64,000 nucleotides of DNA, taken from contig CAVRXV010000001.1 of the NCBI GenBank assembly GCA_963725255.1, forward strand, positions 109,115 through 173,114, written 5' to 3'. The DNA is from an uncultured Gammaproteobacteria bacterium. GTDB taxonomy: Bacteria; Pseudomonadota; Gammaproteobacteria; JAIEPX01. The translations under genes were made by a program, and so were the position numbers. A model generated the notes under the pieces. That model was not told the DNA's origin. It saw only the letters and a list, made by a program, of their open reading frames with translations, and ran no database searches. How positions within the stretch are numbered: position 1 is the stretch's first letter; each line of letters opens with the position of its first letter. Positions 40,636-49,510 of this stretch are shown here, in pieces.

Positions 40636-41664
40636 ATGACATTCAGAACCAAATGCCTCGTTTTAGTGGGCACGTTGCTAACAGCCTTCAGTTTTACCAC
40701 ACTCTCCTTTGCAGAAAACGCGTCAACAATTGACAATTCAGTTAATCAATTTATTGAAAAAATGGTCGACAAACATGATTTTGATGAATCGTATTTGAAA
40801 AATTTATTTTCGCAAATTCATATGGATCCTGTGGTCGTTGATAAAATGAATAAACCGTACGAAGCTAAACCTTGGACTGAATATAAAAATTATTTTATAT
40901 CCGAGGAGCGAGTGAATCACGGTGCTCAATATTGGCAAGAGCACGCAAAAGAATTAGCTCAAGCGGAAAGAACCTACGGGGTGCCAGCCAGCATCATAGT
41001 GGCAATTATCGGGGTAGAGTCTAAATATGGCACTAAACAAGGTGATTTTCCCATTTTTCAATCACTAGCAACATTGGCTTTTAATTATCCTAGTCGATCA
41101 GCTTTTTTTACTTCAGAGCTTGAAAATTATTTATTGTTATCACGAGAACAAAATTTCAACCCGCTCACAATTAAGGGTTCTCATGCTGGTGCCATCGGTA
41201 AACCGCAATTTATGCCCAGCAGCTATCGTCACTACGCTGTTGCTTTAAATGGTGGTAAACAAGCTGATTTAATCAATAACGATGGTGATGTCATTAGCAG
41301 CGTTGCTAACTATTTTAAACGAAATGGCTGGAAAGAAAACCAACTCGTAATTTTACCTGCTAAAGCGACACAAAATGCATTAAAAACTATCAAACAAGAG
41401 CCACTCAAACTCAATTCTACATTAGGTGAATTGCGAAAATTAGGCGTGACAGTGGATGAGAAATTACCCGCAGATACAACGGCTAGTTTTTTCTCTGTTG
41501 AATATAATCATCAACCGCAATATTGGGTAGCTCTCAATAATTTTGAAGCGATTACTCGCTACAATCATAATATGCAATATGCTTTAGTGGTTTACGAATT
41601 CTCTAAAGCCATCGAGAATAAACGGCTTGCAACTCAAAGAGACCACAGTGAGCAAGAAACCTGA
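40636..41664 (+). CDS. mltB: Lytic murein transglycosylase B (MltB/Slt35 family)
   Basis: 342 aa. Signal peptide present. IIGVESKYG catalytic Glu motif and GAIGKPQFMPSSY. Confidence 0.9.
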   Translation: MTFRTKCLVLVGTLLTAFSFTTLSFAENASTIDNSVNQFIEKMVDKHDFDESYLKNLFSQIHMDPVVVDKMNKPYEAKPWTEYKNYFISEERVNHGAQYWQEHAKELAQAERTYGVPASIIVAIIGVESKYGTKQGDFPIFQSLATLAFNYPSRSAFFTSELENYLLLSREQNFNPLTIKGSHAGAIGKPQFMPSSYRHYAVALNGGKQADLINNDGDVISSVANYFKRNGWKENQLVILPAKATQNALKTIKQEPLKLNSTLGELRKLGVTVDEKLPADTTASFFSVEYNHQPQYWVALNNFEAITRYNHNMQYALVVYEFSKAIENKRLATQRDHSEQET

Positions 41665-43366
41665 TATTAATCTCACCGAAGCGATTGAAAAGCATCAGCA
41701 AGGATTTTGGGAAGAAGCTGAAAAACTCTACCTAAAATTCCTTGCTGACAATCCTCAAAATCTTGATGTATTGCATCTGTTGGGAATATTATACGGACAA
41801 AAAAGAGATTATAAAACCGCAGAAAACTATTTATCTCAGGTGTTAAAACTTGCTCCTGACAATGCCACCTACCATAATAGTATGGCGAACATAAAAAAAC
41901 ATCTCAATGATACTCCAGGAGCGATCGAACACTATAATCAAGCTATAAAATTTAATCCAAACTCCACCACTTCTCTCAATAATTTAGCTCTAATCTATAT
42001 ACAAGAAAATCGCACAGCAGAGGCTCAAGAATTAGCGGATAAAGCCTTATCTCTTAATCCTCATGACGCGGAATCACACTTTAATTTTGCATTAATTTCC
42101 ATAAAACTCAACAAAGTCTCACAAGCAATAGACGAGTTACGTAAAACACTCGATTTAAATCCAATGCATCATCAAGCACGTTATACATTGGCACAGCAGC
42201 TTCAAGCTTCGAATCAACATCATCTTGATGAAGCAATACATTTATATCAAATATTACTTGAATCACAACCTGATTTTACTGATGCCTGGACAAATTACGC
42301 ATCAGCATTATTGATAAAAAATAATACCAAAGAAGCCATCGATATTTTTTATCGAGTATTAGATATGGACCCTGAACACTATGAAGCCCATTATAATTTA
42401 GGTTGTATATTACTCACTAAACATGCATTAAAACCCGCGTTGGAACACTTTCTAAAAGCGCTCTATAAAAAACCGACACCCGAAGCTTACTACAATATAG
42501 GTATGATTTATTCTTACCAAGATCATCACGGTGAAGCTATTACCTATCTTAAAAAAGCGATAGAAATTAAATCGGATTATTTTGCAGCCTATAATAATTT
42601 AGGTACTGTCTATTTAAAAATTGAAGACTTACCTAACGCGATTGAGAATTTTCAATCGGCACTCAAACTTCAACCAGACAATGAAGAAGTTAAATATATT
42701 CTATCAGCACTTAAACAAGAAAATTCTCCTGATCAAGCACCCAATGAATATATCGAACATCTCTTTGATCAGTATGCACCTCATTTTGATCAGCATTTAA
42801 TCGAGCATTTAAAATATACAACGCCAAAATTATTGCATGATGCAGTAATGTCTGAAATTCATGATAATTTACATCTTCGACAAGTTCTCGATTTAGGGTG
42901 TGGCACAGGCTTAGCAGGCGCGCTTTTTAAAGACATAGCCCATCCATTGATCGGCGTTGATCTCTCCAAAAATATGATAGAAATTCTGCAGGAAAAAGAT
43001 ATTTACGATGAACTCATCGTCGGAGATTTACGTAAATCACTCCAAGACCATCTTAACAACGAAATAATTATTGCTGCAGACGTATTACCTTATATAGGTG
43101 ATTTATCAGAATTATTTCACGATGTCGCTAACGCTCTTAGTCCCAATGGATTATTTGGATTTTCAATTGAAATTGCACCTGACAATATTTCTACCTATTC
43201 TCTACAAACTTCCATTCGTTACGCACATGCTCCAGAATACATTAAAAAGCTTGCATCGCAAGAAAATTTAATACTTTTATCTCAAAAGGAAATAACCCTA
43301 CGTTTGCAACGCAACCAACCCCTTCGAGGCATGTTGTTTATACTTCTAGCGGCTCATACGCATTAA
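41627..43366 (+). CDS. TPR-repeat protein fused to a class I SAM-dependent methyltransferase (COG4976-like)
   Basis: Multiple 34-aa TPR units (A..Y...L...P....A...LG) followed by VLDLGCGTGLAG (SAM motif I). The start may be the internal GTG ~41648. Confidence 0.85.
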   Translation: MQLKETTVSKKPDINLTEAIEKHQQGFWEEAEKLYLKFLADNPQNLDVLHLLGILYGQKRDYKTAENYLSQVLKLAPDNATYHNSMANIKKHLNDTPGAIEHYNQAIKFNPNSTTSLNNLALIYIQENRTAEAQELADKALSLNPHDAESHFNFALISIKLNKVSQAIDELRKTLDLNPMHHQARYTLAQQLQASNQHHLDEAIHLYQILLESQPDFTDAWTNYASALLIKNNTKEAIDIFYRVLDMDPEHYEAHYNLGCILLTKHALKPALEHFLKALYKKPTPEAYYNIGMIYSYQDHHGEAITYLKKAIEIKSDYFAAYNNLGTVYLKIEDLPNAIENFQSALKLQPDNEEVKYILSALKQENSPDQAPNEYIEHLFDQYAPHFDQHLIEHLKYTTPKLLHDAVMSEIHDNLHLRQVLDLGCGTGLAGALFKDIAHPLIGVDLSKNMIEILQEKDIYDELIVGDLRKSLQDHLNNEIIIAADVLPYIGDLSELFHDVANALSPNGLFGFSIEIAPDNISTYSLQTSIRYAHAPEYIKKLASQENLILLSQKEITLRLQRNQPLRGMLFILLAAHTH

Positions 43367-43372
43367 AGCATT

Positions 43373-44370
43373 GGCGTCGCGTCTTGAGTTGTGAGAGGTT
43401 TTGCTAATTTACAAACTTTTTATTGTGAATTGATCTTTAGAAGTATTAGCGTTTAATAACATTAATTTATTCTTCTTGTGGCTCATAGGGCTTAACACCT
43501 AATAATTGTAATTTTCCTGGCTTCAAAATGGGATCTAACATATTAATTTGTACATATCCTAATTCACAGGCTTTCACAATTAACTCAGAACGTGTTTTCA
43601 CATCGAAGTTTTAGCTTGATATTAACAATATGAGCTTCAACTGTTCTAGGGGAAATACAGAGCTTTTCTGCGATCTCCAAAAACGTACAGCCTCGTGTTA
43701 AATGATAAACACATTCATGCTCTCGAAGAGTTAATAACTTTGAACCATCAGTTGAATTTTTTTTGAAGTATCAGATGCATCGGGCTGATACGCCATGGAT
43801 GATTTTATCCAGACCCGCAGATGACGGTAAAACTTGAGCCCAAGTTTCTACACCTTCTACTTGCCCATCTTCATTAATTATAGGTTTATTACAAATTAAG
43901 CTAACAGTAGCGCCTATAGCAGAATGAATGAGCGATAAGAGTAAAGTCTCAGAACGTTGTTCACGAGTCATTTTATCGTAATGTTTCAGTTCATCAGCAT
44001 ATTCTGCCGCGTCACATTTTAAATCCGATGGCAGTCAGATTGATCAATTCATCTGCACTAGGGGAACCAGTATGTTGCGCTGCTAGATCTGTCATAAATT
44101 GAAAGCGAGTGATTGTTGTCTTTAATAATATAGATTAATGGTAGAGATTGAGCATGAGACTTTCTCAACAGTGCGATCTTATCCTTTATGCCTGATAACG
44201 ACATGGATGAAATTTCCTTATTTCTGTAATCCCACTAGGGGATAATCACGGATACCAATCACCTTACTGAGCTGATAGCTTACTGTATTTCCAGTTAAAG
44301 TAAATACTCTGGGGAGGGTTCTAACTGCGCAGCTATCATGCTGCGCAGTTCTTTCTCAAGACGCGACGCC
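43373..44370. repeat. Perfect 16-bp inverted repeats (43373-43388 ggcgtcgcgtcttgag / 44355-44370 ctcaagacgcgacgcc) bracketing a ~1-kb insert
   Basis: Seen directly. The left half starts 6 nt after the TPR-methyltransferase stop. The right half is followed by tttttc, so the two halves together would form a canonical intrinsic terminator. Confidence 0.85.
43467..44093 (-). pseudogene. Decayed LuxR/GerE-family transcriptional regulator
   Basis: Minus-strand HTH is LTLREHECVYHLTRGCTFLEIAEKLCISPRTVEAHIVNIKLKL. It is broken by an in-frame TGA (..SARCI*YFKKNSTDGSKLLTLRE..), a frameshift just after the HTH (..RCENTF* / SELIVKACELGY) and another near the N-terminus (..IGFKM* / LKCDAAEYADEL). Confidence 0.8.
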
Positions 44371-44417
44371 TTTTTCTTGTTATCCTACTCATTTACGATG
44401 TAATGAGGCAATTCAAA

Positions 44418-45107
44418 ATGCGTAAAGCGGTAGTACTCTTCTCAGGTGGACTTGATTCCACGACCTGCATGGCGATAGCACGATCTCAGGGCTTCGAGAT
44501 TTATGCATTATCCTTTCAGTACGGACAAAAGCATTCGGCTGAGGTCAATGTGGCTAAAAGAGCTGTTGCCACCTTTAAAGCTAAAGAACATCGGATAATC
44601 ACAATAGACCTTGGTCAATTCGGGCACTCAGCGCTTACTGATGAAACCATTGATGTGCCAGATTATTCGGGTTCTGGCAAAATCCCAGCGACTTATGTCC
44701 CAGCACGCAACACTATCTTCCTCTCCTACGCCCTCGCCTATGCGGAAATCATAGGGTCTACAGACATATTCTCAGGGAATTGCTCTACAGACCATGCTGG
44801 GTATCCTGATTGCACGCCAGAGTACTTTGCGGCCTATCAAACGATGGCACGCTTGGCAACTAAAGCGGGTGTTGAGGGCGAATTGGTCACTCTTCACACA
44901 CCCTTAATGATGCTAACAAAGGCCGATACCATTCGAATAGGCACAGAGCTTGGGGTCGATTACTCCAAAACGGTGACCTGCTACCGAGCTTCCGATGAGG
45001 GTGAAGCCTGTGGGCGCTGTGATGCCTGTGTTCTGCGTCGCAGCGGCTTTGAAGAGGCCAATATACCTGATTCCACTCGTTACGCCGCGAACTGTACGGT
45101 AGTGTAA
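44418..45107 (+). CDS. queC: 7-cyano-7-deazaguanine synthase QueC
   Basis: Likely start is MRKAVVLFSGGLDS (PP-loop SGGxDS). C-terminal Zn cluster is CGRCDAC. Confidence 0.95.
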   Translation: MRKAVVLFSGGLDSTTCMAIARSQGFEIYALSFQYGQKHSAEVNVAKRAVATFKAKEHRIITIDLGQFGHSALTDETIDVPDYSGSGKIPATYVPARNTIFLSYALAYAEIIGSTDIFSGNCSTDHAGYPDCTPEYFAAYQTMARLATKAGVEGELVTLHTPLMMLTKADTIRIGTELGVDYSKTVTCYRASDEGEACGRCDACVLRRSGFEEANIPDSTRYAANCTVV

Positions 45108-45156
45108 AACACTTAATACTTCGTTAATATAATGAGTATAAAATGCTCTATATTGT

Positions 45157-46881
45157 TTGAATTTAGGCAGTGAAAACGTGAAAAAAGCTCCGAGTAATGA
45201 ATCTCAATTTACTGGCTTGGAAATCGAAAATTTCCTAGGTCAATTTCCATTGCAGTTTATCTTACAATATGGATCCTCTATAGATGCTTTACAAAAACAT
45301 ATTGAAACTGATCTAATCAATAAAATCCCTCAAGATAAGTTAATTCAGTTTAAGCGAGCGTTTTTAACGGCGATCGTTCAAGGAAAAGAATCCAAGATCC
45401 CATTAAATGATAACAACATTCACACTATTTTTGACGAGCAACTCAGTGTATTTTTAAAACAAATGATTTCTCAAGCTAAAGATTTATTAGATGAGCTTTC
45501 TTTAAACAATACACTATTAAGTGACACTCTCGCAATTTCAAACCAATTAGTAAATCCCGTCACAATACTTCATTCTCTTATCACAGCTGAACAATTAACA
45601 CATGATCAAATGAGATATCTTTGGGAGATTCTGCCTGAGAATAAACGAAAGAAATACTTTAAAAATGAGTATATTGATGCAGACACTACCATAGAATTAA
45701 AAGACGGAATCACTTCTTTAGATCTTTATCGTCTAGCAGCAAAAGAAAAAACTAATCATTCTTTTATACTCACCTCAGAACAAAACAAGCAAATCTTATC
45801 CAATTTAACGTTAGATCAACTTAAGCGTCACAGTCATCTCTCGTATAAACACACAGCCCATACCATTGAAAGCACTCTTTCGACAGGTACCCAATATTTA
45901 TCCAGTTGGTACGTTTTTCTATCAAATTATCTCACCGTGATCCTCGGTCTTTTAACAGCGACCACAATAAAACTATCTCTCGTTTTAGCTGCTGGCCTCG
46001 CTTTCGTCGGATCATTATCTCTTGGTCTGACCATTGCATGGCAACAAGCGGTAGAAAACTACCGTAAAGAAGCTGCTCTGCGAATGAAACATATCATTAA
46101 CTGTATCAATATCAATCAATTGAAAAAAGAAAATGAAGAGATTCAAGCTAGACTCTCCAATCAGAATACAATAGAAGAAGTCAATTTTAATGAGAAAATC
46201 CCTGAAAAGATTCCTTCTCATCCTAATATTTCACCAGATAAAACCATGTTAGCTTGGGCTTATTTCAAATCTTGGTTTTTTTCACCTCTACGAAAATTAT
46301 TTCACGCATTAAAACCAAAACATGCTGGCATAAGCCCATTAGCACATGCATTTATCACCGCATTTTTCATTTCGCTCGCCCTGATATCAGGTGCCTTTTT
46401 ATTCTTCACCTCTTTTTATACTCTTGCCGCAGTCTGTGCCGTTACAGCCGTTGTTAGTATCCTAGCCGGTGTTGTTCGATATAAAACTGTTAGTCAAGAA
46501 AGAAACATGGAAGCTCTTGTTCATAGCAGTGAAAAAGAATTACAAAAATGCCATAAACTAAATGAGTCTCTGAAAAAACAAGAATATCAACAATCTTTAG
46601 CTATAACGAACAGTCAACAAGATTTTGGAATGGATTCACAACACCCATCGACAAACGTAGCTGCTTTAGTGCAGGAAAAACAAAGCTTACAAAAACAGCT
46701 TGCAGCGATAGAAAGTAAAATACAAAGAACAGGTCTTGCCGCAGCTAACGTCCCTTCTTACGAGCCAGGACGAAATCAATCTGGCGCTCATCCACATCGA
46801 CGCGAGCAATCTGCACTTCAAGAGGATCACCCAAACGATACTGCCTCCCCGACCTTTGGCCAACTAATCTGTGGTGAGTAG
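45157..46881 (+). CDS. Hypothetical 574-aa protein with two paired hydrophobic hairpins and coiled-coil segments (vacuole-membrane effector-like)
   Basis: Hydrophobic lobes are WYVFLSNYLTVILGLLTATTIKLSLVLAAGLAFVGSLSLGLTIAW and LAHAFITAFFISLALISGAFLFFTSFYTLAAVCAVTAVVSILAGVV. It has a non-ATG (TTG) start. The last 137 nt overlap the rnr 3' end on the opposite strand. Confidence 0.6.
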   Translation: MNLGSENVKKAPSNESQFTGLEIENFLGQFPLQFILQYGSSIDALQKHIETDLINKIPQDKLIQFKRAFLTAIVQGKESKIPLNDNNIHTIFDEQLSVFLKQMISQAKDLLDELSLNNTLLSDTLAISNQLVNPVTILHSLITAEQLTHDQMRYLWEILPENKRKKYFKNEYIDADTTIELKDGITSLDLYRLAAKEKTNHSFILTSEQNKQILSNLTLDQLKRHSHLSYKHTAHTIESTLSTGTQYLSSWYVFLSNYLTVILGLLTATTIKLSLVLAAGLAFVGSLSLGLTIAWQQAVENYRKEAALRMKHIINCININQLKKENEEIQARLSNQNTIEEVNFNEKIPEKIPSHPNISPDKTMLAWAYFKSWFFSPLRKLFHALKPKHAGISPLAHAFITAFFISLALISGAFLFFTSFYTLAAVCAVTAVVSILAGVVRYKTVSQERNMEALVHSSEKELQKCHKLNESLKKQEYQQSLAITNSQQDFGMDSQHPSTNVAALVQEKQSLQKQLAAIESKIQRTGLAAANVPSYEPGRNQSGAHPHRREQSALQEDHPNDTASPTFGQLICGE

Positions 46882-48922
46882 CATCATAAGTGTAGTAATC
46901 GTTTTCAAGTGCTGTGATATGTAGCAATCCTTGAACATACAAATCTTTTAATTCAACAAAAGCACCAAAGCTTGTTATATCAACAATAACGCCCTCGTAG
47001 CAATTACCGACCTTCTCAAGTAAATATTGACATTTTAACCAATCAACAACATCGCGAGTGGCTAAATCTGCACTTCGTTCTGTTTTAGAGCAGTGTAATC
47101 CAAAATCGCCAAATTGAGTGAGATTATAATTGAATTTTTCAGGAGAATGTCCTTCGATAATATGACTAATTGCGCGATGTACAAGCAAATCAGGGTATCG
47201 GCGAATAGGTGAAGTAAAATGACAATAAGCTTCAAAAGCTAAACCAAAATGTCCTTTATTACTGGGACTATAAATAGCTTGAGCTAAAGAACGCAAGAGC
47301 ACCGTCTGAATTAAATGCGCGTCTGGCCTACCCTCGATTCTCTCCAATAATTTTGAATAATCTTGAGAGCTCGGTGCATCACCTCCGCCTAATCGAAGTC
47401 CAACGCCACGTAAAAAATCGTGTAATCTTTCTAATCTTTCATTCGACGGACCTTCATGAACTCTATACAATACTGGCATTCGATGATGTTGCAAAAATTG
47501 CGCTGTTGCGACATTAGCCATCAACATACATTCTTCAATAAGTTTATGAGCATCATTTCTGACAACGGGAACAATCTGTGCAATTTTGTCTTGTTCATCA
47601 AAAATAATCCGTGTTTCGGTCGTTTCAAAATTTAATGCGCCTCGAATTAATCGTTGACGATATAATTTTTTATAAAGAGCGTGTAGATTTTGTAAATGCT
47701 TCAGTAAAGGATTTTGATATTTTTCTGGATGCTCTAACATGCGCGCCACTTCAGAATAGGTTAATCGTGCATGAGAACAAATCACACCAGAATAAAAATC
47801 GTGCTTTTCAAGATTGCCGTCTTTATTGATGCGCATTTGACACACCATCACTAAACGATTGACTTGAGGTTTTAGTGAACAAACTTCATTCGATAATGCC
47901 TCGGGTAACATGGGAATTACTCGGCTTGGAAAATAAACAGAATTCCCTCTTAAATAAGCCTCTGTATCGAGCGCAGTATTAGGCTTCACATAATGGCTTA
48001 CATCGGCAATGGCGACATATAAATTCCATGCTCCGTCTTCTAGAGGCTCACAATAGACAGCATCATCAAAGTCTTTAGCATCAGCACCATCAATGGTTAC
48101 AAAAGGTAATTTGCGTAAATCTTTACGATTTTTAGGAATATCTTTTTCATTCACTTCATTGGGAATTTTTCTAATATCTTGAGCAACTTCAGTCGACCAT
48201 AAATAGCGTAATCCATGAGAGCGAATAGCAACTTCCGTTTCCATTCCAGGTTCACGACGATCTCCGAGCACTTCAATAATATCACCAACAGGCTGTCGAC
48301 GTTGAGTAGGTTGATTCGTAATTTTAACAACCACATATTGGCCTGGCACTGCCGTTCCAGCATGATTTTCAGGAATCAAAACATCGAGATTGATATTTTT
48401 TTGTACGGGCACAACAAAATCGACACCCTCTTCATGAAAAAGTCGACCCACTATTTGATTCGTATTTCGTTGTAAAATTTCAACAATGGTGCCTTCAGGT
48501 CTTCCACGACGATCAGTACCCACTGCTCTTACCATAACAATATCATCTGGAAATACAGATCGCATTTGATAGGGTGAAAGAAAAATATCGTCTCCACCTA
48601 GTTCTGGCTCAACAAAGCCATAACCATCTCGCCGACCAATAACGCGTCCACGAACTAATTCCATAGGTACGACAATACCGTACTTTTTTCCTCTTGATCG
48701 TGCGATTTGCCCATCACGTTCCATCGCACGCAGTCTTCGTTTTAGAGCAACTTGTTGTTCCTCATCATGCATATCGAGTGCAGTAATAATTTCTTTGTAA
48801 GATATGGGTTTTCCTGCTTCTTCTAGATACGACATGATTAATTCGCGGCTGGCAATTGGCCGTTCATATTTTTGAGCCTCACGCTCAGCGTGCGGATCTT
48901 TCTTTTTAAATCCCTTAGACAC
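46745..48922 (-). CDS. rnr: Ribonuclease R
   Basis: RNB domain (FVTIDGADAKDFDDAVY) and C-terminal S1 domain. The tracked ORF starts at 48994, but homology begins at VSKGFKKKDPHAEREAQKYERPI (GTG 48920-48922, preceded by aaggag). Confidence 0.95.
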   Translation of the reverse strand: MSKGFKKKDPHAEREAQKYERPIASRELIMSYLEEAGKPISYKEIITALDMHDEEQQVALKRRLRAMERDGQIARSRGKKYGIVVPMELVRGRVIGRRDGYGFVEPELGGDDIFLSPYQMRSVFPDDIVMVRAVGTDRRGRPEGTIVEILQRNTNQIVGRLFHEEGVDFVVPVQKNINLDVLIPENHAGTAVPGQYVVVKITNQPTQRRQPVGDIIEVLGDRREPGMETEVAIRSHGLRYLWSTEVAQDIRKIPNEVNEKDIPKNRKDLRKLPFVTIDGADAKDFDDAVYCEPLEDGAWNLYVAIADVSHYVKPNTALDTEAYLRGNSVYFPSRVIPMLPEALSNEVCSLKPQVNRLVMVCQMRINKDGNLEKHDFYSGVICSHARLTYSEVARMLEHPEKYQNPLLKHLQNLHALYKKLYRQRLIRGALNFETTETRIIFDEQDKIAQIVPVVRNDAHKLIEECMLMANVATAQFLQHHRMPVLYRVHEGPSNERLERLHDFLRGVGLRLGGGDAPSSQDYSKLLERIEGRPDAHLIQTVLLRSLAQAIYSPSNKGHFGLAFEAYCHFTSPIRRYPDLLVHRAISHIIEGHSPEKFNYNLTQFGDFGLHCSKTERSADLATRDVVDWLKCQYLLEKVGNCYEGVIVDITSFGAFVELKDLYVQGLLHITALENDYYTYDATHHRLVGQRSGRQYRLGDPLEVQIARVDVDERQIDFVLARKKGR

Positions 48923-49163
48923 AAAGTCTCCTTTTGTAGTCAATGTCTGAATTACTGAGATAGTTTGACCTTCCTTTCCAAAGCAAGAGTTCAAGCTTAT
49001 GCGGGATCCTTGCTGAAGGTACTAATGTACATTGTAGCTGGAAAAGACAAGAATTTCATGGTTAACTAAAGCAATACGAGGATTAATTTAAGTCCTCACT
49101 CAATGGAAATACTGTTTCCAAGCAATTATTAGCAATTAAGCACATTAAATTTAGGAGAGCACA

Positions 49164-49502
49164 ATGAAATCAATAAGGACTTTAATTATCGGCTTATTGG
49201 CAACAAGCTTTATTTCCGGCTGCGGCCTCAACTCAGCATTTGATATGAGTAAACGAGACACCAGTCAAAATCAGCTCTGCAGCCGCCTTAAACGTAATAT
49301 TGTCTTCTATAGCATGGATCAAAATCACGATACTGCCTGGTCTTCCCCTGCTAAACAGGCTGATATCCTGCGACAATATCAACAAAACAACTGCGAGGAA
49401 ATCCTGAAAAACTCAAACACAACACTTCTCAACGAACTTTCACCTTTTCCTGCAAAAAACAAAACCGTAGACCAAAATCATATTCATGTGCAACAGGAAT
49501 AG
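49164..49502 (+). CDS. Small lipoprotein (112 aa)
   Basis: Signal peptide plus lipobox LLATSFISGC. I recognise no other motif. Confidence 0.6.
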   Translation: MKSIRTLIIGLLATSFISGCGLNSAFDMSKRDTSQNQLCSRLKRNIVFYSMDQNHDTAWSSPAKQADILRQYQQNNCEEILKNSNTTLLNELSPFPAKNKTVDQNHIHVQQE

Positions 49503-49510
49503 ATATAAGA

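Noticed and set aside
44290-44402. Possible preQ1 riboswitch upstream of queC (ggagggttctaac resembles the AGAGGUUCUAGC core of preQ1-I)
   Set aside because: I could find no closing P1 strand (ccctc) and no A-rich tail in the expected spacing. The region is instead explained by an 11-bp hairpin and the right half of the split terminator.
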